DNA of 64,000 nucleotides from Candidatus Hydrogenedentota bacterium (GTDB taxonomy: Bacteria; Hydrogenedentota; Hydrogenedentia; Hydrogenedentales; SLHB01), in the NCBI GenBank assembly GCA_963745075.1, contig CAVUWV010000012.1, positions 96,001 through 160,000 on the forward strand, in the 5' to 3' direction. The position numbers and the translations under genes are program-made. This document shows, piece by piece, positions 29,130 through 39,714 of the stretch (position 1 is its first letter; each line of letters opens with the position of its first letter). A model generated the notes under the pieces. It was not told where the DNA came from and searched no databases. It saw nothing but the letters and a program-made list of their open reading frames with translations.

Positions 29130-30058
29130 CGCAAATCCTCGAGGTACGTTGCTATGGCTTCGGCGTCATCGTGGTTCAGGTGGAGATTGGGCATGTGGCA
29201 ACCGGGCTTGACCGCCTGCGGGTTCATCAGCCAGTCCACCAGATGGTCGTGCGAGTTCGTCAGCACGCCAGCCGCCAGTTGGCTACGCGTCGCGACATGC
29301 GTCAAATCGGGACCGACCCGGCGCTGGGCCTGTGTGCCGGCGATCGCATGGCAGCTTCCACAGGTTCGCTCCTGAAAGAGATTTTCGCCCCGGCGGGCCA
29401 CGTCGTTGGTCGGCGGTCCGGGAACTCGGGACTGTGAATCCAACCACTCCTGAAACGCCTCCGGACTGTCGACAACCACCCGGATTTGCATGAGGGCATG
29501 GTCCTCGCCGCAATACTCTGCGCAGGAACCGTCGTAGTCGCCTGTTTTCCCCGCATCGACCCAAATATGATTCGTGTTGTTCGGGATTGCATCGACCTTG
29601 GCGCCCAAACGAGGTACCCAAAAATCATGCACGACGTCGGCCAACGTCACATCGATCAGCCATTTCTGATTGACCGGCATGTGCATTTCATTGGCGGTCA
29701 CGATTCCGTGCTCGGGATAGCGGTATTCCCACCACCACTGGTGGGCGACCACGGTTACGTCGGGCTTCTTTCCTTTTAGCGGTGGATTAATGACGAACAT
29801 GGCCCGCGCGGTGAACATCAACATGACGAAGAGGATCAGCGCCGGTATCGCCGTCCAAAGAATCTCCAGCTTCGGGTTGCCGTGGTCCTGGTAAGGCTCG
29901 CTCGCGCCTGGCTTGGCACGAAACCGTATGGCGATGTAAACGACAAGTCCCGCCACGATGAGGAAGATTACTGCTGCGACGCCGAGCAGGATAAGGAACA
30001 GCGAGGCGATGCTTTGTGCCTGTGGCGAGACCGGATCGAGTATGGAAGTAGATTGCAT
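29126..30058 (-). CDS. ctaC: Cytochrome c oxidase subunit II with fused cytochrome c (caa3 type)
   Basis: LEILWT.IP, QWWWEY, DVVH; CuA CAEYCGEDHALM; heme c CGSCH..HMP. Confidence 0.94.
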   Translation of the reverse strand: MQSTSILDPVSPQAQSIASLFLILLGVAAVIFLIVAGLVVYIAIRFRAKPGASEPYQDHGNPKLEILWTAIPALILFVMLMFTARAMFVINPPLKGKKPDVTVVAHQWWWEYRYPEHGIVTANEMHMPVNQKWLIDVTLADVVHDFWVPRLGAKVDAIPNNTNHIWVDAGKTGDYDGSCAEYCGEDHALMQIRVVVDSPEAFQEWLDSQSRVPGPPTNDVARRGENLFQERTCGSCHAIAGTQAQRRVGPDLTHVATRSQLAAGVLTNSHDHLVDWLMNPQAVKPGCHMPNLHLNHDDAEAIATYLEDLR

Positions 30059-30400
30059 AACAACTCGCAGTGGGTATGGCGTCCATCCTGAGAGTTCTGT
30101 AACGAAGCGCCACCGAGTTCGATTCGCCGAACGGCACCTCCCGGCAGCATATTGCACTTGGCCTTTAATTCCCGAAGGAAAGCGGCACCAAGCGTATTCT
30201 AGTGCAGATATGGCATCAAATCACGACGGTTCCGCGCGCGTGGAGCCCCTTCGGAAATCAAGCATTCGAACATTGATCGAGCAACTTAACTTCAAGACAC
30301 GAGAAGGACCGAGCTTTATTCCACCTCTACATCATACAGAAAAAGGTGTTGCATTCAAGAAACGGTGAGCAACCGGCCCCGCTCAATTCAGGCAAACCAA

Positions 30401-33400
30401 CTATTTCTTTTGCTTCGTGAAGTCGTTGTCATGGTGTGCGTCGCCATGAAACTGTCCGGAGGCGACCGCGAATGGTTTGCATGGCGTATCGGTCGTTAAT
30501 GCATTCAGCCACGTCTCGTCATCCCCGCCCACGACATTCAGGTAACCGTCCCCGTCGGTGTCGGCCACGAGCAAGGTTCCGCCGCCTTTGATCTTTGCGC
30601 CGCTCAGCGTGAAGCTGTGGGGCGTGTAGATCCACAGGACGCTGCCGTCGTTCGCATAGGCGCGCAATTGCATGGCGATATCTACCGGTACGAGGAGGTC
30701 GAGCAGACCGTCTCCGTTCAGGTCGACCGGAGTAGGCGGCGCCAGCAGACGCCCTGGCGTGTCGATTGTCCGCACCAATTGGCCGCGTGCGTCGTGGATG
30801 CCCATCTTCTTGGGATCGATCTCCTGCGCGATAATTTGGGGCGTGTCGTCGCCGCTCATCGGGGCGACTACCGGGGCCCAGTCCGGTTCGCGACTGACCG
30901 CAACATTCCAGAGCACCGTACCGTCGCCGTCAAACGCGGTCATGGCGCCTTCCGTGTCCGTTCGAGCATAGTCCACCACTTCACACATGCCATCGCCGTC
31001 GAGATCCGCGAGGGCGGGCGCGTACATCGAGTCGCCTGGTAGCGTTGCCTTCCACAGCATTTTGCCATCCTTCCCGGAGAAGGCGAACAAATGCCCTTCG
31101 CCTCCTACCACGACATCGAGGTTGCCGTCGCCATTGACGTTGCCCAAGGCCGGATATTGAAGATCGTTGCAGACATCATCCTTGCGCCAGAGTGGCTTTC
31201 CATCCGCGGAGAACGCCGCTACCGTGCCTATGTATGTTGCCGCAACAATGTCTGGGGACCCGTCACCGTTCACATCGCCGACGGCAGGCACCGAGGTGCC
31301 GGGCAGATTGACCTCCCAACGTATCGTACCGTCCGAACTCAGCAACACGAGGTCCTTGCCGCCAACGGCGATCTCGTCCAAACCGTCGCCGTTCAGGTCG
31401 AACACTGCGGGGAAGGGTTGCCCATCTTCCACGTCATAAGTCCAGAGCGTTTCGCCCCCCGGCGTCAGGGCATACAACTTTCCGTCAGGATTGCCGGTGT
31501 TCAAGATAATGGCGACGTGACCGTCCGCATCTATGCGGGCCACCGCCGGCGAACTCAACAATGCGCCGTTAAAGGTTCGTCGCCAGGCCAGCCGTCCGTC
31601 CCCACCGGCCACGTACATACCTTTCTCTGAACACGGGAAAGTCAATGTGTGCCCCGTCGGGTCGAGCGTGGTATCGGGCACCGCTTCCCAACGTTCGCCT
31701 CCCCAGCGATACGCGGCGACCGTTGACGGCAAATAGTGGAACAGTTCCTCAGGATCGAATGTGAGCCGGAGTTCGAGTGAACCACCTGCGGCGGAGTCGC
31801 CCGGCGTGACGGAGAAGTAGTGGGTCAGTAGCGACTTCGGCAGCCCCTTCTGATTCGATTCGGGGTCGATGGGAATTCGCTCGACGCGAACGTGGGCGGC
31901 AGTTGCGTCGTGGGACGGTTCGAGGACGATCGACACCTCGGGATCGTGGCCTGCCACCGCTTGAGTGATTGCTTGTCCGCCCTGTCCCGTGAGTTGGATG
32001 TCAGAAACCGTGGATAGCGCCACCTGGTGCACAGCAGATTCGTTCGTGATAGGCCACCCGGGATTGCCGGTAGCCGTAATTTGGAATGACAACTCGTCGT
32101 GCACGGACTCGCCGACCGCTGGGATCGTGAACGTGTATTGCGAAGCGTTTGCGGTCTCCGGCGTGCACGGGGTCGTTCCTACCGATCCGTCGGGGAGCGT
32201 GTAGTGGCATGTAACTTCGGTAATACCCGTTGGGTCATCGACCGTAACCTCGCCCGTGAGTGGCGATTGCCGGTCGATCCAGTGCGGGCAATCGATTGAT
32301 TTAATGCTGGGACCATTCGGATTCGCTGCGACCAAAACCGTCCCGGTGTCCAACACCGCGTCATTGGAACGCTGGACAAAACGCAATGTTAGCGGTCCTT
32401 GGGCTGAGTCGGTTGCGATCGGAATATGAAAGGTGAAGCGACCATCTGGCGTTGACTGCTCTTGAGAGCCTTTAGTGCCATCGTGGAATTGCCAATTCAG
32501 TCGGAGATCCTTGCTGGACGGCGCCGCCGCAACGACGACCAGCTCTTTGTCCTGCAAAGAAGCGGACGCGGGAGCGAGCCAATGTATCGGCTCCTCCTTC
32601 TCCGTTTCGTATAGGTCAAGCCAGCCTTGCAGCAGCATGCCCGGCAACGCCGTATTGTTGTAGACATAGCCATTCGCCGATTCGATTATCAGGCCGCGGC
32701 GCACCAGACGAATCTCGGAATACGCAGCCAGGCTCCGCGCCAGTTCGAGATGCCGCTTATGCCCCGTGGCCTGATAAGCCTTCGTGGCGAGGCCTATCCA
32801 CGCTCCGATCACGCACGCGGGAACAGTATCGGGCACGGGCGTCTCGGCGTGCATGTCGAGCTGCTTTTCCACCACGTCGCAGTATTGTTGCTTCCCCGTG
32901 AGTTCGTAGGCTCGCCAGAACGCCAGAATGCAATTGAACGGCGAAATCTCCTTCTCGTCCCACGGCGCAAAGAACGGGTTGGTTGGCACCCCCGTCGACT
33001 TATCGTCAAACGTCAGCGTCAATTGTCCCGTATTCTGGTCATATCCGTACTTTAACTGCGCGTCGAGCATACCGAGACCACGTTCCATCACGTAGGGATC
33101 GGGATAGATGCAAGCGGCCTCCAGTAGGTAGTAGGCGAGAATCGGAATCCATTGCGAATCGCTGGCTGCGCCACCCGGCCACACGTAGCTCGGCAAGAGA
33201 TTCGTTTTGGGATCCCGCTGCCGCCAATAGAGATCCGACATTTTACGCGCCCAATCCAGGTACCTGGAGTCGCCGGTTTTGCTGTACAGAAACAGGAAGC
33301 TGTACGCGAACAGGCCGCCGTGCTTGATGTACGCTCCACGGACCGGAGCGTCGGCGAGTTCGCCCGTGAAATACTGGGCGTGCCGGTCGTACATGTATGT

Positions 33401-34039
33401 GTCTTTATCGTAAATCGCGTATTTGTGGATGCCTTCGATTTCACGCCGGACCGCGTCGGGATCGATACTCCACAACATTTCCCAGTCTGGCAGGTTTGCT
33501 TCGAGTTCGTGTTTCTTTGCGTAGATGCGGTCGCGCACGGTGTTGTACGAGAGGTGTTCGCCCCACGGCCACAACCCCGTTGTCTCACTCGGCATCTCGC
33601 GCAAGTAAAACCGGAGGTAGTCGTTCACCGAATCGCGGTACCGCGGATCCCCAGTAATCCGCGACAACTCGAGAAAAGCGCTCAAGGTGGGCAAATCCCG
33701 GTACAGGTTGTTGCCCTGGGCGTTCATGACGTAGTCTTCGGCCTCCCAATACGTCTGCCAGTTTGGGGGCTTCGACTCGATCATGCCGCCCGCCTCCGGG
33801 TCGATGATGGCGATCCATAACGGCGTGTTCCGCTGACCGTACCGATCCGGCGCCGTGGCCATGACCGTGTCGCCGAACATTTCGCTCTGATCGAGCGCGC
33901 GCTGGTAATCCCAGCCGCCTTGGGCTTCGATGGATGCCACCGCGAGGGAATACGTTTCTGCGAAGGCAATGCCGCACGTGAGAAACGAGATGAATAGCAA
34001 AATACTTGGCGGGCAGGTGCGGTGGGACTCAAATCGCAT
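30401..34039 (-). CDS. Large secreted protein: N-terminal helical-toroid (lyase/glycosidase-like) domain plus C-terminal FG-GAP/PQQ propeller
   Basis: Signal peptide; helical N-terminal region with GLWPWGEH; repeated DxNGDGxxD/E motifs in the C-terminal third. Confidence 0.7.
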   Translation of the reverse strand: MRFESHRTCPPSILLFISFLTCGIAFAETYSLAVASIEAQGGWDYQRALDQSEMFGDTVMATAPDRYGQRNTPLWIAIIDPEAGGMIESKPPNWQTYWEAEDYVMNAQGNNLYRDLPTLSAFLELSRITGDPRYRDSVNDYLRFYLREMPSETTGLWPWGEHLSYNTVRDRIYAKKHELEANLPDWEMLWSIDPDAVRREIEGIHKYAIYDKDTYMYDRHAQYFTGELADAPVRGAYIKHGGLFAYSFLFLYSKTGDSRYLDWARKMSDLYWRQRDPKTNLLPSYVWPGGAASDSQWIPILAYYLLEAACIYPDPYVMERGLGMLDAQLKYGYDQNTGQLTLTFDDKSTGVPTNPFFAPWDEKEISPFNCILAFWRAYELTGKQQYCDVVEKQLDMHAETPVPDTVPACVIGAWIGLATKAYQATGHKRHLELARSLAAYSEIRLVRRGLIIESANGYVYNNTALPGMLLQGWLDLYETEKEEPIHWLAPASASLQDKELVVVAAAPSSKDLRLNWQFHDGTKGSQEQSTPDGRFTFHIPIATDSAQGPLTLRFVQRSNDAVLDTGTVLVAANPNGPSIKSIDCPHWIDRQSPLTGEVTVDDPTGITEVTCHYTLPDGSVGTTPCTPETANASQYTFTIPAVGESVHDELSFQITATGNPGWPITNESAVHQVALSTVSDIQLTGQGGQAITQAVAGHDPEVSIVLEPSHDATAAHVRVERIPIDPESNQKGLPKSLLTHYFSVTPGDSAAGGSLELRLTFDPEELFHYLPSTVAAYRWGGERWEAVPDTTLDPTGHTLTFPCSEKGMYVAGGDGRLAWRRTFNGALLSSPAVARIDADGHVAIILNTGNPDGKLYALTPGGETLWTYDVEDGQPFPAVFDLNGDGLDEIAVGGKDLVLLSSDGTIRWEVNLPGTSVPAVGDVNGDGSPDIVAATYIGTVAAFSADGKPLWRKDDVCNDLQYPALGNVNGDGNLDVVVGGEGHLFAFSGKDGKMLWKATLPGDSMYAPALADLDGDGMCEVVDYARTDTEGAMTAFDGDGTVLWNVAVSREPDWAPVVAPMSGDDTPQIIAQEIDPKKMGIHDARGQLVRTIDTPGRLLAPPTPVDLNGDGLLDLLVPVDIAMQLRAYANDGSVLWIYTPHSFTLSGAKIKGGGTLLVADTDGDGYLNVVGGDDETWLNALTTDTPCKPFAVASGQFHGDAHHDNDFTKQKK

Positions 34040-34498
34040 GAAACTACTCCTGCGTGGGAAAGTTGTTGCGTCGGTGCTTGAGAACAGGCGCAATGGAAGC
34101 CCTACGCGAAAAACCACTCGGCCCCGGCCGGCCGCCGAAGCGCTACTTCATAAGACGGCTCCACAGTGCGCGCACTCCGGAGCCTTGACGAGGTCTCGAC
34201 CCACCGTTTGGCGGTGATTAGAGGCTAGGTCGAGAGGATACCAGGAAGCGGCGGCGAATTGCATCTCTAATTCCCGAAACCCCGAAGGGAAACTTGATCC
34301 GGGAACCCGTCCGCCCTATCGTGTATCCTGTATGTTGCCTTGAGTCAGGGGGAGATCGATTCACTTGTCCGCAACAGTGGACGATGGCGCGGGTGCACGG
34401 TGCAAGATTGTGTCAGCAGTGCGTGACTTCACGACCGAAGTGGAATTTCGGACACGCCCATCCCACATACCCTACCAAAGCTTGGGGAGGAAGAGTTC

Positions 34499-35797
34499 AT
34501 GAGCAATCCAATTTCTCGTCGTAAATTCTTGTCGAGGACCGCGGCCGCTATTGCCGCGCCGACCATTATCCCGGCATCCGCGTTGGGCAAGGATGGTACG
34601 GTAGCGCCGTCGGAGCGCATTGTCGTGGGCTGTATCGGCATTCATGGCCGCGGCTCACACGATTTGCGCTGGATCATCGGTAACAAAGACGTGCAGGTCG
34701 TGGCCATCTGCGACCTGTGGAAGCAACAGCGCGAGTGGGTCAAGGGGTTTGTCGACGATCACTACGGCACCAAGGATTGCGCCATGTACCGCGACTTGCG
34801 CGAGTTCCTCCCCGCCCGACCGGACATTGACGCGATACTGACCGCCACCGGCGACCACTGGCACGCCCAGGTGTCCGTCCGGGCTATGCGCGCGGGCAAA
34901 GACGTCTACACGGAGAAGCCTTCGTGCATGACCATCGCCGAGGGCCAGGCCGTGGTCGAAACCGCCAGGCGCTACGGGCGCGTGTACCAGACCGGTACCC
35001 AGCGCCTCAGCGAACCCAACCACGTGTTCGCCATCGAAATGTCCCGCACGGGCCGGCTGGGCAAGGTGAGCAAGGCCTACGCCCACATCGCGCCGTGGGA
35101 CTCCGCCACCATGCAGCACGAGTGGAAGCCCGAAGAGCCGCTGCCACCCAAGGAAGAAATCGACTGGGACATCTGGCTGGGTTCGTGCCCGTGGCGGCCT
35201 TTCAATAAGTCGTACGTGAGCGGCGGCTGGCGCAACGACTACGACTTCCATACCAGTTGCATCGGCGAATGGGGCGCGCACACTTTCGCCCAGGCGCAGG
35301 CCGGTCTCGACAAGGGGGATACCTCGCCGGTCCACTACAGATACGTCGACAATGATTCCGGTGACGGGATGGTCTGCACCTTCGCCGACGGGCAGGAGTT
35401 GATCCTTTCCCGTGGGGACAAGTACTGGCACGGCTCCTGTGGCGAGCGGTTTGATGGCGAGCGCGGCTGGGCAGGGTCCGCCGATGGGTACGCCATGCCC
35501 GACGTGTCGTCGCCGGAACTGCTGACCGAATACAAAAAGGTCATCGGCGAATACGTGGCGCGCACGGGCCGGTCGCTGGACCACATGCGCAATTTCCTGG
35601 ACTGCGTCAAGTCCCGGGATCTCACCGTCGCGAACCCGAGCGTCATGCATCACTCGATGACCACGGTGCACGCGGCCAATATCTGTATGTGGCTCAAGCG
35701 CGACATGGAGTACGACCCCGTCAAGGAAGAGTTTATCAACGACGATGAAGCCAACCGGCTGCGCTCCCGGGCCCAGCGGGCACCTTGGGTCATCTAA
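34499..35797 (+). CDS. Tat-exported Gfo/Idh/MocA oxidoreductase
   Basis: SRRKFL; GCIG..GRG; DHWH; GKDVYTEKP; QTGTQR; WG.H. Confidence 0.92.
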   Translation: MSNPISRRKFLSRTAAAIAAPTIIPASALGKDGTVAPSERIVVGCIGIHGRGSHDLRWIIGNKDVQVVAICDLWKQQREWVKGFVDDHYGTKDCAMYRDLREFLPARPDIDAILTATGDHWHAQVSVRAMRAGKDVYTEKPSCMTIAEGQAVVETARRYGRVYQTGTQRLSEPNHVFAIEMSRTGRLGKVSKAYAHIAPWDSATMQHEWKPEEPLPPKEEIDWDIWLGSCPWRPFNKSYVSGGWRNDYDFHTSCIGEWGAHTFAQAQAGLDKGDTSPVHYRYVDNDSGDGMVCTFADGQELILSRGDKYWHGSCGERFDGERGWAGSADGYAMPDVSSPELLTEYKKVIGEYVARTGRSLDHMRNFLDCVKSRDLTVANPSVMHHSMTTVHAANICMWLKRDMEYDPVKEEFINDDEANRLRSRAQRAPWVI

Positions 35798-35826
35798 GGC
35801 TCGATACGAAAGGAATGGATGCAATC

Positions 35827-38525
35827 ATGCGGAAACACATCGTGATTCTTCTTCTGGCCGGCGTCGTTGCAGCCCTGGCTGCCGTGCCAGCCGTTGCGCA
35901 AGTTACCGATCCCATCGCCACGCTGAAATCGGATGCCTCCATCCATGACAAGATGGAAGCCTGTCGCATTTTGCAGCGACAGGGCACAAAGGAGGCAATT
36001 CCCGCATTGGCGCCGCTGCTACTCGACGAGAAGCTCGCGCACATGGCGCGATACGCCTTGGAACCGATGCCCTATCCCGAAGTGGACGAAGTTCTACTCG
36101 ACGCATTGGGAAAGACTTCGGGACTACTCCAGGTCGGCGTAATCAGTTCGCTGGCGGCCCGCAAGAACGAGGCCGCGGTCCCAGCACTGATCGCGCTCTT
36201 GCCGGACGACGATACGCAGGTTGCCCAGGCTGCCGCCAAGGCCCTCGGCGATATCGCGACGCCCGAATCGGTCGACGCGCTGGAGAGCGCCCTCGCCAAG
36301 CCGGGTATGTCGGATGACATGTCGTTAATGGTCTGCAACGCACTGTTGGAGTGCGCCGAGAACTTTGCTGCAAACGATCAGCGTGACAAGGCCCTGGAGA
36401 TTTACACACGATTGCTGCAGCTTCCGAACGCCCCGCACCAGGTCCACACCGCCGCCCTGCGTGGGTCCGTGCTCACGGGTTCCGTTGCGGATGGCCTGCC
36501 TTTGCTGTTGGATGCGCTCCAGAGTGACGATGAATACAGTTTCAATGCCGGCCTTCGGATCGTCCGTGAGTTGAGTGGGAAGAAGAAGGTTACCGCTGCG
36601 TTGGCGGAACTACTGCCCACCCTCCCGGATGCGCGCAAGGTGAAGTTGCTCGACGCCTTTGGTAATCGCGCCGGCGCTGCGGCCGGACCCGCAGCGCTTG
36701 CGGAAGCGGAAAACGGATCTCCTGAAGTCCGTGTCGCCGCCTTGCACGCCTTGACGCGGATGGGATATGAACCGGCTCTCGAGACAATTGAACAACTCAC
36801 ATGGTCCGACGACAGTGACGTGGCGAGCGCCGCGCGTGATTCGCTCAGCTATTTTCCCGGCAACAAGGGAGATGCCGCTCTTGAGGCCATGTTGAACGAC
36901 AAACGTCCGGAAGCCCGCCGCGTTGCGGTGGAGATGATCGGGCAGGGAGCGCTGGAGAACCCAATCGGCCCGCTCATGAACGCCGCGCGCGAGGACTCCG
37001 ACGAAGCAGTCCGCCTCGCCGCGTTGACGGCCTTGCAGCCTAGCGCCGGTATCGCGGAGATGCCCCTACTGCTGGATAACCTGCTCCACGCGCGCTCCGA
37101 GGCGGAGATGAAGGCTACCGAAGGCGTGCTGTCCTCCCTGAGCGAGCGGCAAAAGCGGATGCCGGGCGGCCTCGTCATCACGAAAGCCGTATACGGCGAT
37201 TTGCCCGACGGTCCTTCCGCCGATGTGCTCGAAAAGGTCAAGAGCATAATAGACGAGGGTGCTACGTCCGTGGATGCGACCAACGCAAACTTCGGCGATC
37301 CCGCCCCGGGTAAGGTCAAGATGCTACAAATCGACTACACGGAGAATGGGGTTCCAATTAGCAAGACCGTTGGCGAAAACGGCAAACTGAAGTTGACCGC
37401 CGTCTCCTCGTCTCCGGAAGTGGTGGATGCCTACTGCGCGGCATTCGAAAAGGCCGGAGGCGACGCGAAACTCGCCATGGTTCGGCTTCTTGGCACTACT
37501 GCCAGCCCGAAAGCCTTCGAGACCGTGCAGGCGGCTGCGTCCTCGCCGGATGCGAACGTCAAGGACGCCGCGCTCCGTACGTTATGCGAGTGGCCGACCG
37601 CGGTCGCGCTGCCGACGGTAATGGAGTTGTTCAGAGACGTTCACCGATCCGTCGTTGAAAGTCGCGGCACTCCGTGGCACGGTGCGGCTCCTGGGACAGG
37701 CGGGGACCGAGACGCCCGAGTTGCTCACTACTTACGCTTCGTTGATGGACCAGGCCGCGACGGCTGACGAAAAGAAGGTCGTGTTGAGCGGACTGTCCCA
37801 CGTATCGGACGTTCGGGGCCTTGCGGATGGCCTTCGCGCAGTTCGGCGACGAGGCCGTCAAGGGCGAAGCAATTCAGGCCGCCGTCGAAATCGCCCGGAA
37901 CCTTGGCGGTTCCGCGACGGAAGACGGAAACTTCTTCAACGGGAAAGACCTCACGGGTTGGCAAAGCAGCGCGCCCTACTGGAGCGTCGAAGACAGCGCC
38001 ATCGTCGGGCACAGCGATCAAGACATACCAAAGAACGAGTTCATCTGGTCGGACATCCCGGTGGGAGACTTCTACCTTGTCATTGACGTTAGACTCGATC
38101 CGAACAACGCCAACGCAGGTATCCAATTCCGATCCGCCAAAGTGGACGACGAAGGCCAGGCGCAGGGGTACCAGGCGGACGTCGGCGAAGGGTACTGGGG
38201 ACGCCTGTACCACGAACACGGCCGCGGCATGCTGGACTCGACGGACGCTGCCGAAAAGGCCGTGAAACCGGGCGAATGGAACCGCTACGAAATTCTTGCG
38301 GTCGGGCCCGCCATCTGGACCGCCATCAACGGAACCTTGGGAGTCGCCTATCTGGACCTGAACAAGGACGCGGAACAAACGGGGCAGATAGCCCTCCAGA
38401 TTCACGCCGGTCCGCCCCAGACGTCCCGGTACAAAATCGTCAAGCTGGTTCACAATCCCAAAGTGGAGTTGGAGAATTCCAAGGCGGACGACCTGATCTT
38501 CAAGCTTCAGGTGTCGACGAAGTAG
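35827..38525 (+). CDS. HEAT-repeat protein with inserted lectin-like module and C-terminal DUF1080 (3-keto-disaccharide hydrolase-like) domain; two apparent frameshifts
   Basis: HEAT repeats continue across ORFs 35785-37767, 37655-38086 and 37821-38525; FNGKDLTGW, NAGIQFRS, GYQAD, WNRYEI and IALQIH motifs. Confidence 0.8.
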
Positions 38526-38579
38526 CGCCGCTCGTTAAGGTGCTATAAGGCCGGCGCCGCCGGAGTTCTGCTTCGTTTG

Positions 38580-39707
38580 TCACTCGACGCGGAGGGTTTT
38601 GCCGGATTCGGCGGCGTCGTAGAGGCGGTAGACGGTATTGACCGCCCGAAGCGATTCCGTGGCGGTGATGGGGGGTTCCTGCAATCCCGCGCTGGCGCGG
38701 ACGGCGGCGCGTACAAAGTTGGTATAGGCCTCGTTGTCCGTGGGCCCCGCGAATTCGGTCAGGCCGTCGGTTGCGGTGTATAGCTTCATGTGGCGCGGCG
38801 CTTCGGACGATATTTCGAGCCAACCCTTCGAACCCCAGATTTTGATCTGCGACTCGTACCCTTTATCAAGGTAGTACCCGGACGTCAGCGTGCCGAAGGT
38901 ACCGTTGTCAAAACGCATGGTCATGGCCACCGAGTCTTCGATCGAGATGGGCTGGTTGCCGACGTTACCCGCGAATCCGGCCACGGCCTCGATCTTGGAA
39001 CCGGTGATGTACATGGCCAAGTCGAGCCAATGGATCCCGAGCCAGGTGAGGTGACCGCCGCCGGCCCGTGCCTTGTCCGCAAACCAGGACTGGTGGTAGG
39101 ACGGACTCGTCAACCGCGTCTGGTCCTCGACGAGATGCATTTCGACGCCGTAGACTTTGCCAAGTATACCCTCTGCGATAACTCGTTTGGCTTCTCGTAC
39201 TTCTGGATTGAGCCGATTGGCGAGGGCCAGCATCAGGTAGAGTCCCTTGGCGTCGGCCTTTGCGGCCAATCGCGCGAAATCGTCCGCGTTGGTGCAGGCA
39301 GGCTTCTCCGCAAACACGTGGCAACCTGCATCGAGGGCTGCGTCGATGGCAGCGGGCGCGAGGGCCGCCTCCATGCTGATCAACACCATGACCGGCTTCT
39401 CGGCGGTTAGCAGTTCATGGCGGTCCTTGTACGCCGTCGTGAGTTTTTCGCCGAGCGCCTCACGCGCGCCGGACTCGGCGTTGCCGTCGGGATCGGCCAG
39501 CACCACGGGTCCCGCCTCATCGGTTTGCGCCAACGCACGGAAATACGAACTCAAGTGCGCGCCGCCGGCGTGCGTGATGAAGCCGACCTTAATCTGCGTT
39601 CCCGCGTTCCCTTCCGCGGCAGCGGCCGACCGCGCGATCGACGCCAATCCCGCGGCGCCAAGTGCGGTGTTGCTGAGGAATTCCCGCCTGTCGATAGTGT
39701 TTGTCAT
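38580..39707 (-). CDS. Tat-exported Gfo/Idh/MocA oxidoreductase
   Basis: DRREFL; GCHVFAEKP; GGG.L..LGIHWLD. Confidence 0.9.
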   Translation of the reverse strand: MTNTIDRREFLSNTALGAAGLASIARSAAAAEGNAGTQIKVGFITHAGGAHLSSYFRALAQTDEAGPVVLADPDGNAESGAREALGEKLTTAYKDRHELLTAEKPVMVLISMEAALAPAAIDAALDAGCHVFAEKPACTNADDFARLAAKADAKGLYLMLALANRLNPEVREAKRVIAEGILGKVYGVEMHLVEDQTRLTSPSYHQSWFADKARAGGGHLTWLGIHWLDLAMYITGSKIEAVAGFAGNVGNQPISIEDSVAMTMRFDNGTFGTLTSGYYLDKGYESQIKIWGSKGWLEISSEAPRHMKLYTATDGLTEFAGPTDNEAYTNFVRAAVRASAGLQEPPITATESLRAVNTVYRLYDAAESGKTLRVE

Positions 39708-39714
39708 GGTATGC

